Source of the DNA: a bacterium
Lineage (GTDB): Bacteria > Patescibacteriota > Minisyncoccia > Phycocordibacterales > CALRBL01
Length of the DNA stretch: 64,000 bases
Reading direction: 5' to 3'
Assembly: GCA_027487075.1 (NCBI GenBank)
Contig: JAIYEG010000002.1
Span: 1,244 to 65,243 of the forward strand
The notes below the pieces were generated by a model. It saw only the letters and a list, made by a program, of their open reading frames with translations, was not told where the DNA came from and made no database searches. Made by a program: the position numbers and the translations under genes. Positions 1-9,020 of this stretch are shown piece by piece. The number at the start of each line of letters is the position of its first letter. Position 1 is the first letter of the stretch.

Positions 1-3
1 CTG

Positions 4-777
4 TTGTTTCCGAAAAAGGTTCGAGAAGAGGTGTGGGCTCTCTATCAGTTTGTACGTTTTTATGACGAAATAGTTGATACCCAAAAACAAGATCAGGAAG
101 CTACGCTCATTCATCATATTGCTCTATTTACTAACGCGTACGACCAAGGTATTCCCTCAGGTCTGTTTATTATTGATGAATTTGTACAACTCATGCATAA
201 ACACAAGATACCTCGTGAATATGCTGAGAGTTTTTTTGAGGCAATGAAAACAGATCTTTCCAAGGCTCACTATCAAACGTATCAAGAGCTTGAAGACTAT
301 ATGTATGGGTCTGCGACGGTGATTGGCTATATGATGAGTATTTTGATTGGATGTGCAGATCAGAATGCATTGCCCCATGCACGTGCGCTTGCTGAGGCGT
401 TTCAAATGACTAATTTCCTGCGCGATATCAAGAGTGACTATGAAGAACGTCATCGTATATACATGCCACGTGAAGACATGCAACGGTTCGGTGTTACTGA
501 AGAGCATATTAAGCAAGGGATTAATGATGATGCGTGGAAAGCCTTTGTGAAGTTTGAAATAGCACGCATTCGAACGTTATACCAAAAAGGCGTGGATGGC
601 ATTCATTACCTCAGCAAAGATGGACGCAAGGCGGTGTATGCTGCTGCATTGGTGTATGGTTGTATTCAGGAACAGATAGAGAAAGCTGATTATGATGTGT
701 TCTCTCGTCGTATTGTGGTGAGTCCGTTTGATAAGACCATGCTATTATTAAAAGCACTATGGAAAAGAAATCTGTAA
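4..777 (+). CDS. crtB: Phytoene/squalene synthase family protein (CrtB-like). It is 5'-partial, so the true start lies upstream of the window.
   Basis: The ORF runs from the window edge. The translation carries the trans-isoprenyl diphosphate synthase head-to-head fold hallmarks (YxxxRxxDExxD-like 'YQFVRFYDEIVD' and 'MTNFLRDIKSDYEER'). It overlaps the downstream crtI start by 19 bp. Confidence 0.8.
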   Translation: MFPKKVREEVWALYQFVRFYDEIVDTQKQDQEATLIHHIALFTNAYDQGIPSGLFIIDEFVQLMHKHKIPREYAESFFEAMKTDLSKAHYQTYQELEDYMYGSATVIGYMMSILIGCADQNALPHARALAEAFQMTNFLRDIKSDYEERHRIYMPREDMQRFGVTEEHIKQGINDDAWKAFVKFEIARIRTLYQKGVDGIHYLSKDGRKAVYAAALVYGCIQEQIEKADYDVFSRRIVVSPFDKTMLLLKALWKRNL

Positions 778-2264
778 TCATTATTGGGGGAGGAATAGGA
801 GGATTGGCATTGTCTGCGTTACTTGGCAAAAAAGGGTATAAGGTGACCTTGCTCGAAAAGAATGACACGGTCGGTGGACGTGCGCGTATCTTTCGACAAG
901 ATGGATTTTTGTTTGATATGGGACCAAGTTGGTACATGATGCCCGATGTGTTTAAGCATTACTTTGATCTTCTTGGTGAAGATATTTCTGAATACTATAC
1001 CCTCAAAAAGCTTGAGCCTTCATATCAAATAACGCTCAAAAGCGATGGTGCATCATATCTGTTTCACTCTGATATGAAAAAGAATAAAGCGTTCTTTGAA
1101 TCAGTAGAACCTGGTGCAGGAAAGGTGTTTGAGGATTTTATGAATGATACGAAGTATCAATACGAGATCGCAAAGAACGAGTTTATGTACAAAAATTATG
1201 ATTCTATTTTTGATTTTTTGAATCTTCGAGTGATGCGCGAAGGATCACGACTTCCTCTTTTTAAGAAACAAAAAGATATCATAGAGAAGAAATTTAAGAG
1301 TGAAATTCTTCGAAAGGCATTGCAATACCAAACGGTGCTTTTAGGAACTGCCCCTGGAGACACACCCGGTATTTATAGTCTCATGAACTATGTCGATCTC
1401 GTGCTTGGTGAGTGGTATCCCGATGGGGGAATCAGAGCAGTGCCTGAGTCACTTGAAAAAGTGGCACGAAAGTACGGTGTTACGATTCGCACCAACGCTC
1501 CCGTGCGCCGTATTATCATCGAACAAAACAATGCAAAAGGTGTCGAGCTTGAGAATGGCGAAGTGGTGCATGCTGATATGGTCGTTTCAAATGCCGACGT
1601 TGCATTCACCGATATGAAGTTGCTCGATGAAAAACATCGTGTCTATTCTGATGCATACTGGAACAAGCGTGTCTTGGCACCGAGTGCCTTTATCCTCTAT
1701 TTAGGAGTAAAAGACACTATTCCTGGACTCCAGCATCATAACTTATTGTTTACCAAAAATTGGGAACAGGGATTTGGAGAAATTTTCAAAACTCCAACAT
1801 GGCCGCAGGATCCTTCTATGTATATTTGTGTTCCTTCTAAGACTGATCCGACAGTGGCTCCACCTGATCATGAAAACTTGTTTGTGCTTGTGCCGATTGC
1901 CTCAGGACTCGAATACACAGAAGAGTTTGCAAAGGACTATGGTGACAAGGTTATCGATGAGATTGCGAAATACTATAATATTCCAAACCTCAAAGAGCGG
2001 ATTGTGGTGCGACGTCATTACAGTGTTAAAGACTTTATTGCAGACTACAATGCATTCAAGGGTACGGCACTAGGGCTTGCTCATACGCTGACACAAACAG
2101 CAATCTTTCGCCCAAACAATGTACACCCGCGCATTAAAAACCTCCTTTATGTAGGCGCAGGAACAAACCCAGGTATTGGTATGCCTATCTGTCTTATTAG
2201 CGCAGAGATTGCGTATAAGCGTATCGAAGGAATCAAAGATCCTTCACCCCTCAAGGAGTTATAA
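759..2264 (+). CDS. crtI: Phytoene desaturase (FAD-dependent CrtI family)
   Basis: 501 aa. It has the N-terminal Rossmann dinucleotide motif 'VIIIGGGIGGLALSALL' and 'GGRA' and a length and conservation pattern typical of CrtI. It is translationally coupled to crtB. Confidence 0.85.
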   Translation: MEKKSVIIIGGGIGGLALSALLGKKGYKVTLLEKNDTVGGRARIFRQDGFLFDMGPSWYMMPDVFKHYFDLLGEDISEYYTLKKLEPSYQITLKSDGASYLFHSDMKKNKAFFESVEPGAGKVFEDFMNDTKYQYEIAKNEFMYKNYDSIFDFLNLRVMREGSRLPLFKKQKDIIEKKFKSEILRKALQYQTVLLGTAPGDTPGIYSLMNYVDLVLGEWYPDGGIRAVPESLEKVARKYGVTIRTNAPVRRIIIEQNNAKGVELENGEVVHADMVVSNADVAFTDMKLLDEKHRVYSDAYWNKRVLAPSAFILYLGVKDTIPGLQHHNLLFTKNWEQGFGEIFKTPTWPQDPSMYICVPSKTDPTVAPPDHENLFVLVPIASGLEYTEEFAKDYGDKVIDEIAKYYNIPNLKERIVVRRHYSVKDFIADYNAFKGTALGLAHTLTQTAIFRPNNVHPRIKNLLYVGAGTNPGIGMPICLISAEIAYKRIEGIKDPSPLKEL

Positions 2265-3107
2265 AATAAGACGTGCGATGAGTTCGATTGAAAGGATTGC
2301 TCCCATGGCGCTATTGATGGTGGGAAAATATTTGTAGACGTTGAAAAGCGCTTCGCTGTTGTAGGGTAGTTTGTATGATCGCGCCATAAAGTATGAATAC
2401 ACGCAGGCACCAATGATGCTTGCATAAGGAAGAATGGGAAAGATTAAGATAGCACTTCCTACATATAATGCCCAGCAGAAGATAATGGTCGTTCGAGGTC
2501 CACAAAGAATGGCAATTGTTTTTAGGTGTGCGTCTTTGTCAGCATCGATATCGGGTACTGCACTGTAAGCATGCATGGCAATTGCCCACATCATACCTGC
2601 AATGATGCCAAGGTAGGGAATATCAGTGCCACCAGCAAGGTAATAGCCAAATACCCCTGTTGCGACATAGTGACCAGCAGAAAACAGAGAATCAATAAGC
2701 GGTTTTGCTTTTGCTCTGATCGGAGGTGCAGAATAAAACGTTGCACAAAAAAGAAAAACAGAAAACGAAATAATGAGTGGTGTTGTATGAGGTACAAACA
2801 ACAAAAAGGGAAGATTGGTTGCAATAATCCATATCCATAAGGTGCGATGACGCTCCGGCACTACAAGTGCTTCGTATGATTGCTTTTTGGGATTCAGCTT
2901 GTCGGTTTCGTAATCAAAAATATCGTTGATCCCATAAATTAAAATGTTGGCAGGAATGAGAAAGTAAATAAAAAAGATCCAAAACGAACTGTTGGTAAGA
3001 AAATTAAGTGAGGTGTGAGCGGATAAGGTGCCGATAATGCCGAATGTCGCTGCCTCATAGAGCCAAAAGCGAGGGCGGGATATTTTTATTACTTCTGATA
3101 ATTTCAT
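2259..3107 (-). CDS. UbiA-family prenyltransferase, possibly a lycopene elongase-like enzyme (CrtEb/LyeJ analogue)
   Basis: The 283-aa polytopic membrane protein carries the UbiA Asp-rich motif 'NDIFDYETD'. I placed the start at the internal Met 'MKLSEVIK' (ATG 3105-3107). The 136 codons further upstream overlap the divergent DUF2892 gene and look spurious. The gene is convergent with, and abuts, crtI. Confidence 0.7.
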   Translation of the reverse strand: MKLSEVIKISRPRFWLYEAATFGIIGTLSAHTSLNFLTNSSFWIFFIYFLIPANILIYGINDIFDYETDKLNPKKQSYEALVVPERHRTLWIWIIATNLPFLLFVPHTTPLIISFSVFLFCATFYSAPPIRAKAKPLIDSLFSAGHYVATGVFGYYLAGGTDIPYLGIIAGMMWAIAMHAYSAVPDIDADKDAHLKTIAILCGPRTTIIFCWALYVGSAILIFPILPYASIIGACVYSYFMARSYKLPYNSEALFNVYKYFPTINSAMGAILSIELIARLIL

Positions 3108-3129
3108 ATATAAATTGTATACTATATCT

Positions 3130-3330
3130 ATGAAAAAAAATATTGGAACGTTTGATCGGGTGGTGCGCCTTCTTCTTGCAGTAGCAGTAGGTGTTGCTGC
3201 ATATATGTCGACATCAGTGGTAGGACAAATTATTCTTGCGGTGGTTGCACTGTTTACCCTGTACGAGGCTCTCGCAGGTTGGTGCGCACTGTACGCAGTG
3301 ATTGGAAAGAATACCTGTCCGATTGAGTAA
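3130..3330 (+). CDS. DUF2892 (YgaP C-terminal-like) small inner-membrane protein
   Basis: 66 aa with two TM helices and the 'TFDRVVRLLLA...GWCALY' pattern typical of DUF2892. It sits directly upstream of the photolyase gene. Confidence 0.55.
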   Translation: MKKNIGTFDRVVRLLLAVAVGVAAYMSTSVVGQIILAVVALFTLYEALAGWCALYAVIGKNTCPIE

Positions 3331-3353
3331 AAGCTTTGTGATATGCTATACCT

Positions 3354-4727
3354 ATGAAAACGCTTGGTATACATATCTTTCGTCGTGACCTGCGACTCGA
3401 GGACAATACCGCTCTCAATGCGCTCGCTCGGGAAGTCGACACTATTCTTCCCGTGTTTATTTTTGACAAACGACAGGTGAATGAACATCCGTATCGAAGT
3501 GTCCCTGGACTTCAAATGATGTGTGAATCACTTGGCGATCTTGATAGAACGCTCGCAGAACATGGCGCTGCCCTCTATATCGAAAGTGGAGTAGCAGAAG
3601 AAGTAGTAGAAAAACTCATCAAGACACATACACCTCACGCACTTTCTTTCAACAAAGATTACACGCCGTTTTCCGTAGATCGTGATGAGCGGATCACAAA
3701 GGTGTGCGAAACACATGGTGTGAAGGTGATCGCAGAACACGATGTGACCTTGTATGCACCTGGCACTGTACTCACCAAAGATGGCAAGCCTCATAGTGTA
3801 TATACACACTATCGTGTGGCGACAGAAGTATTGCCACTTCCTGCAGTACATCGGCTTGCAGCAAGTGCGGTATTCGCAAGACGTGAAGGTGGTGAATCAC
3901 TCACTGAGTACATTGCTCGACTTGTGCCGCATCCTGCAGGGCTTCGTGTCAAAGGGGGAAGAACGGTAGCAAAAGACATGCTCCGCGCACTCTCTCACAA
4001 CAAGACATATGCAAAAGAGCGAGATTTCCCCGCGATCAACGCCACCTCACTTTTGTCGGCACACATAAAGTTCGGCACGCTTTCAATACGTGAAATATAT
4101 GTGTATGCAAAAACTCACATGCCACACCCCGACGTCTTTTTGAGGGAGCTCCTCTGGCACGACTTCTTCACGACGGTTGCAGCACTCACACCACATGTCT
4201 ATACGGGGGCATATCGAAAAGAATTTGACAAACTCAAGTGGGATAACAACAAAGAGATGTTTGAGCGATGGAAGGAAGGTAAGACAGGATTTCCTATCGT
4301 CGATGCGGGTATGCGCGAGCTTCTCATGACGGGCTACATGCACAATCGCGTGCGTATGATCGTTGCATCATTTCTTATCAAAGATTTACATATCGATTGG
4401 CGATGGGGAGAAAAATATTTTGCTGAACGGCTTACTGACTACGATCCTGCGGTAAACAACGGCAACTGGCAGTGGGTCGCGGGGACGGGGTGTGATGCAT
4501 CGCCGTGGTTTCGTATCTTTAATCCGTGGCTCCAACAGAAAAAATTTGATGCTGAAGGGGTGTATATAAAAAAGTGGGTACCCGAACTCGCAGATCTTAG
4601 TATCGATGATATTCACGACGAGCGAGGTGATGCTCGCCATGCAGTAGGTTATCCACTTCCTCTGTGTAATCATCGTGAGGAAGCGGCGCGGACCAAAGAA
4701 CTATACGGTATCTTAAAAAAGCAATAG
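3354..4727 (+). CDS. phrB: Deoxyribodipyrimidine photolyase (cryptochrome/photolyase family)
   Basis: 457 aa. It has an N-terminal photolyase alpha/beta domain ('IHIFRRDLRLEDNTAL') and a C-terminal FAD-binding domain ('WRWGEKYFAERLTDYDPAVNNGNWQWVAGTG'). Confidence 0.85.
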   Translation: MKTLGIHIFRRDLRLEDNTALNALAREVDTILPVFIFDKRQVNEHPYRSVPGLQMMCESLGDLDRTLAEHGAALYIESGVAEEVVEKLIKTHTPHALSFNKDYTPFSVDRDERITKVCETHGVKVIAEHDVTLYAPGTVLTKDGKPHSVYTHYRVATEVLPLPAVHRLAASAVFARREGGESLTEYIARLVPHPAGLRVKGGRTVAKDMLRALSHNKTYAKERDFPAINATSLLSAHIKFGTLSIREIYVYAKTHMPHPDVFLRELLWHDFFTTVAALTPHVYTGAYRKEFDKLKWDNNKEMFERWKEGKTGFPIVDAGMRELLMTGYMHNRVRMIVASFLIKDLHIDWRWGEKYFAERLTDYDPAVNNGNWQWVAGTGCDASPWFRIFNPWLQQKKFDAEGVYIKKWVPELADLSIDDIHDERGDARHAVGYPLPLCNHREEAARTKELYGILKKQ

Positions 4728-4748
4728 GACGATGATATACTAGTCACT

Positions 4749-6107
4749 ATGAATTTCACAAAAGCATATGTTATTGCCGTCGATATGGGATATGGTCATC
4801 AGCGTGCAGCGTATCCACTAAAAGATATTTCGACCACGCCTGAAAGTTGGAACATCGCTGATCCTTATATTATCTCTGCAAACAATTATCCTGGTATTCC
4901 AAAGAAAGATGTCAAAATGTGGAATAGTGGTCGTGGGGTGTATGAGTGGATCTCTCGTATGCGTGAAATGCCGTTCATCGGAGAGCGATTGTTTGCACTC
5001 ATGAATTATTTTCAGCGTATCGAGCATTTTTATCCCAAGCGCGATCTTTCCAAATCATCATCGCAGTTAGATTACTTATATTTTCTCATTAAAAAACGTG
5101 GACTTGGAAAGCATTTGGTGCATGAGCTCAATAAAAATCCGTTGCCGATGATCACCACCTTCTTCACCCCTGCATTTTCTGCTGAAGTACACGGGTATAA
5201 AGGTGAAATATATTGCTTGTGTACTGATACCGATATTTCTCGAGCGTGGGTACCACAACATCCTGAAAACAGCCGCATCATCTATCTTGCACCGAGTCAC
5301 CGTGTGCAAGAGCGACTTAAAGCATACGGGGTATCACCAGAAAAAATCATCACCACAGGTTTCCCGCTCCCGAAGGAGTTGGTAGCTCCCGACACTGACA
5401 AAGATACACTCCTCAGGTCAGTGGTGCTTCGTCGCATTATGCGTCTTGATCCTACCGGCACATTCCGTGAGAAGTTTAAAGATCAGATCAAGGCTTCGCT
5501 TGGCACTGAAGTGTATGGTTCTCCTGATGAGCCCGTATCAGTGGCATTTGCTATTGGAGGAGCGGCAGCGCAATACCAGATCGGTCTTGATGTGATCAAA
5601 TCACTCGCGCCTGATATTAAAAATGGAAAAGTAAAACTCAACCTCATTGCTGGTGTATCAAATAAGATTTATCGTATTTTTGAGCAGGCACTTAAGAAAG
5701 AAGGGCTCGATTTGTTCCGAGGTAAGGGTGTCGACATTATCTATCATCCACAGAAGATGGATTACTTTAAGGAGTTTAATCATCTTTTGCTCGACACCGA
5801 TATTTTGTGGACAAAGCCGAGCGAGCTTTCGTTCTACGCAGGACTCGGGCTTCCTATCCTTATTGCACCAACACTTGGCTCACAAGAAGAATACAATGAA
5901 GAGTGGCTTCATGTGGTGAATGCGGGTATTGGACAGGGAAATCCAGTGTATACCCGCGAGTGGCTCTTTGATTGGCTTGAGTCGGGTATTCTTGCAAACC
6001 ATGCACTCAACGGATTTCTGAATGTATCAAAACGTGGTGCGTATCATATCGAGAGTGTGGTGATCAAGAACAAGCCAGAACAGATGCAGGATATTCATTT
6101 GGTATAA
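4749..6107 (+). CDS. GT28-family glycosyltransferase (MGDG-synthase/UgtP-like)
   Basis: It has the N-terminal 'VDMGYGHQRAA' G-loop and a C-terminal 'GSQEEYNEEW' motif resembling the UgtP/MurG 'GQEEENA' donor-binding region. Confidence 0.5.
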   Translation: MNFTKAYVIAVDMGYGHQRAAYPLKDISTTPESWNIADPYIISANNYPGIPKKDVKMWNSGRGVYEWISRMREMPFIGERLFALMNYFQRIEHFYPKRDLSKSSSQLDYLYFLIKKRGLGKHLVHELNKNPLPMITTFFTPAFSAEVHGYKGEIYCLCTDTDISRAWVPQHPENSRIIYLAPSHRVQERLKAYGVSPEKIITTGFPLPKELVAPDTDKDTLLRSVVLRRIMRLDPTGTFREKFKDQIKASLGTEVYGSPDEPVSVAFAIGGAAAQYQIGLDVIKSLAPDIKNGKVKLNLIAGVSNKIYRIFEQALKKEGLDLFRGKGVDIIYHPQKMDYFKEFNHLLLDTDILWTKPSELSFYAGLGLPILIAPTLGSQEEYNEEWLHVVNAGIGQGNPVYTREWLFDWLESGILANHALNGFLNVSKRGAYHIESVVIKNKPEQMQDIHLV

Positions 6108-6116
6108 TGTGCGTAT

Positions 6117-7025
6117 ATGATCTTTAGTTCATTCTTCATTGCGATTATCGGCTACGCACTCCTTGCTGTGGTGGCTATTCTCGACAAGCTCATTCTTTCA
6201 AAGGCGCTGAATACGTCTTCTTATACGTTCTATTCAAATCTCTTGTTTGGGTTTGCCTTTGTGATGTTGCCATTTGCGGAGCGTATCTCTTTAGAAGGTT
6301 TTTTGTGGTCTCTCGCATCAGGTTTGGGATTTGGCTTTGCGGCATGGGCAATGTTTATCGCGCTTGAGAAGAATGATGCAACACACATTATTCCATTTAT
6401 TGGTGCGATGACTGCAGTATGTACCTACGCACTTTCGGCGGTGGTACTTGGTGAATCGCTCACTCTTATTCAGACACTTGGTATCGTACTCTTGGTGGTT
6501 GCGAGTTTTTTGTTTGCCTACGAGCGAGATCGTGTGCGAGTGACGGGTATCAGCATGGGAGTGGTATGGGGAATTGTATCTGGATTGTTGTTTGCAATAT
6601 CACATGTCACCGCCAAAGTGGTATATGAACAGTACTCATTTGTCACTGGTTTTGCATGGACTAAGGGACTTGTTGTTCTTGTGGCACTGTGTGTATATCT
6701 CTTTGGTAAGAAAATGGGGCCAGCAAAAACAAAGCAGGTACCACATGCTGCACCTCGAGGACAACATAATAATTTTATACTTATTGCGGTTGATAAAATT
6801 GCAGCATTGCTCGGTATCGTCGCAGTACAGTATGCAATGTCTATTGGGAGTGTGACTATTGTGACGGGGCTTGTGGGACTTCAGTATGCACTCATTCTTA
6901 TCTACGCTCTTATCTTTACTACGTTTACTCCTCGTTTCTTTACCGAATATATTACGCGCAAAGAAATATTATTTGAAGGAACAGCTATTCTGCTTGTTAT
7001 TGGTGGTGCGGTATTACTTGCATAA
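6117..7025 (+). CDS. DMT-superfamily (EamA-like) transporter
   Basis: 302 aa with about 10 predicted TM helices and the duplicated EamA-like architecture. Confidence 0.55.
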   Translation: MIFSSFFIAIIGYALLAVVAILDKLILSKALNTSSYTFYSNLLFGFAFVMLPFAERISLEGFLWSLASGLGFGFAAWAMFIALEKNDATHIIPFIGAMTAVCTYALSAVVLGESLTLIQTLGIVLLVVASFLFAYERDRVRVTGISMGVVWGIVSGLLFAISHVTAKVVYEQYSFVTGFAWTKGLVVLVALCVYLFGKKMGPAKTKQVPHAAPRGQHNNFILIAVDKIAALLGIVAVQYAMSIGSVTIVTGLVGLQYALILIYALIFTTFTPRFFTEYITRKEILFEGTAILLVIGGAVLLA

Positions 7026-7030
7026 AACAT

Positions 7031-8038
7031 ATGAAAAAAGTTCCACGACATATATATCTGAAAAGAATGGGGATAGTGTTTGGCGGACTCGTGGTGGTGT
7101 ATGCATTGATGTGGATCGGATCGCTCAAGACATACCCTACTGACTTCGGTATAAGCTTCAGTCCCGAGTATGCACGTTCGCTCGGTCTTGATGCACAAGA
7201 AACCTTTGATGCTATTTTAGAAGACCTCAAGCCTACCACCGTGCGTTTGGCTGTGCCTTGGAATAAAGTAGAGCCAGAACAGGGGGTGTTTGATTATGCT
7301 GAAGTTGATAGGTTGCTTGAAAAAGCGGGAACTGCAGGAAGTAAGGTGGTACTGACGGTCGGACAAAAAGTGCCACGCTGGCCTGAGTGCTACATTCCCA
7401 CCTGGGCAGCCGCACTTCCTAAAGAAGAGCAAGAACAACAGCTTCTCAACTACGTTGCAACCACTATCAACCGCTATAAAGACAATCCTGCAATCGAACT
7501 GTGGCAAGCAGAAAATGAGGCATTCATCAACTTTCCTTTTGGTGAATGTGATGCATTCGATAGGGATTCGGTCACCAAAGAAATTGCACTTATCAGGCAG
7601 CTTGACCCGACGCGTCAGATTGTAACGACCGATAGTGGAGAATTGTCGACCTATCGCGTGGCATCACGAGAGGGTGATATTCTTGGTACGACGTTATATC
7701 GCACGACACGCGTCTCAGGAGGTTTTATTGTGCGTTATGATTGGCTCCCCCCAGCATTTTATAAGTTGAAAGCACGACTATGGGGAAATGATTATGAACA
7801 TTTTTTTGTATCAGAACTTCAGGCCGAGCCTTGGTTTGAAGGTGGCATGCCAAGCACCCTTGAGGGCTTTATGAAAGAGAAAACCTTTAGTCCAGAACGC
7901 TTTAGAGAAAATATTGCGTATGCTCACAGAGTCGGTGCATCTCGCGTTTACCTGTGGGGAGCGGAGTGGTGGTACTTTATGAAGACAAAGATTGGTGATA
8001 GTCGGTATTGGGAGGTGGCAGAAGAGCTATTTCAATAA
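7031..8038 (+). CDS. Membrane-anchored clan GH-A (TIM-barrel) glycoside hydrolase-like protein
   Basis: It has an N-terminal TM helix and an 'ENE' acid/base-type motif ('WQAENEAF'), with similarity to the GH5/GH42 N-terminal barrel. Confidence 0.45.
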   Translation: MKKVPRHIYLKRMGIVFGGLVVVYALMWIGSLKTYPTDFGISFSPEYARSLGLDAQETFDAILEDLKPTTVRLAVPWNKVEPEQGVFDYAEVDRLLEKAGTAGSKVVLTVGQKVPRWPECYIPTWAAALPKEEQEQQLLNYVATTINRYKDNPAIELWQAENEAFINFPFGECDAFDRDSVTKEIALIRQLDPTRQIVTTDSGELSTYRVASREGDILGTTLYRTTRVSGGFIVRYDWLPPAFYKLKARLWGNDYEHFFVSELQAEPWFEGGMPSTLEGFMKEKTFSPERFRENIAYAHRVGASRVYLWGAEWWYFMKTKIGDSRYWEVAEELFQ

Positions 8039-8053
8039 ATCTTTACAAGTGAC

Positions 8054-8842
8054 ATGGTTCGTACTACGATGCGAGGTATGAAGAAATTATCATACTACAT
8101 CATTGCTCTTATTGGGTTTTCAGTGTTTTTGGTAGCTGTTCCCGCAGAAGCGAGTTCTGTATTTGTACCATGTGCGATTAGTCGTAATTTGACCGTAGGT
8201 TCTCAGGGTCAGGACGTTCGCTGTCTCCAAGACTACCTCCGCTCTCAGGGATATTGGATTACCTACTCAAGCGGATATTTTGGTGAGCAGACTCGTGTTG
8301 CAGTAGCTCAGTGGCAAGCACGCAATGGTATCTATCCAGCCAACGGCTACTTCGTCGTGTCTGGTTACAACGGCGGATATAGCAACACCAACCTCATGCG
8401 GGATGCTCAGAACGCAATCGAGAATGCTATCGATGATATTGAAGACAGCGATGAAAGCGATAATGATATCGAGGATGCTCGTGATGAGCTGTTCGATGCA
8501 GTACGCGCATACTTTGCGGGAGATTACGCTGAAGCAATCGACTATGCAGAAGAAGCTTCAGATATTGCCGCCAATGATCGTCACGGAAACAACGACTACG
8601 ATAAGCAGGATGCAAAAGACGCCATCGAAGATGCAGAGGATGCCATAGAAGACGCTCAAGATGAGATCGATGATGCAGATGATCGAGGTCGCAATGTGCG
8701 CGATGCCGAAGATCTTCTCGATGAAGCACAGGACTATCTCGATGATGCTGAGGATGCCTACGATGATCGTGACTATGATGAAGCAGTGCGCCTCGCTGAA
8801 AAGGCTGAGGATCGAGCAAACGACGCAATTGACGAACTCTAG
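8054..8842 (+). CDS. Secreted peptidoglycan-binding (PG_binding_1) protein with a highly acidic repetitive C-terminal region
   Basis: It has a signal peptide, a PG-binding domain ('GSQGQDVRCLQDYLRSQGY...TRVAVAQWQARNG') and an approximately 140-aa D/E-rich tail with reiterated 'DAIEDAEDA'-type units. Confidence 0.6.
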   Translation: MVRTTMRGMKKLSYYIIALIGFSVFLVAVPAEASSVFVPCAISRNLTVGSQGQDVRCLQDYLRSQGYWITYSSGYFGEQTRVAVAQWQARNGIYPANGYFVVSGYNGGYSNTNLMRDAQNAIENAIDDIEDSDESDNDIEDARDELFDAVRAYFAGDYAEAIDYAEEASDIAANDRHGNNDYDKQDAKDAIEDAEDAIEDAQDEIDDADDRGRNVRDAEDLLDEAQDYLDDAEDAYDDRDYDEAVRLAEKAEDRANDAIDEL

Positions 8843-9020
8843 AAGACCTGCTATAGTAGCAGGGTAACTCAATATCTCTCAGGTTCCCGTTCACGTGGAT
8901 AGAACTCACCTTCAATCGCATGACATTGTCATCGCCTAGAACCTTCGAGACCGAGCCCCGACTTATTATTTAATTGGCTCAAGGTTATAGGGTGTTTACG
9001 TGTAAGCCCTCATATACAGT

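Noticed and set aside
2259-3515. Full 418-aa minus-strand ORF containing the UbiA prenyltransferase
   Set aside because: The first 136 codons have no UbiA similarity, look low-complexity, and overlap the divergent DUF2892 gene and its promoter region. The internal Met 'MKLSEVIK' (3107) gives a canonical UbiA N-terminus, so I called 2259..3107 instead.
8427-8921. Antisense ORFs 8427..8921(-) and 8558..8872(-) inside the acidic-tail gene
   Set aside because: They are the reverse complement of GAx/GCx-rich acidic repeats, which naturally lacks stops. The sense frame has the signal peptide and the PG-binding domain.
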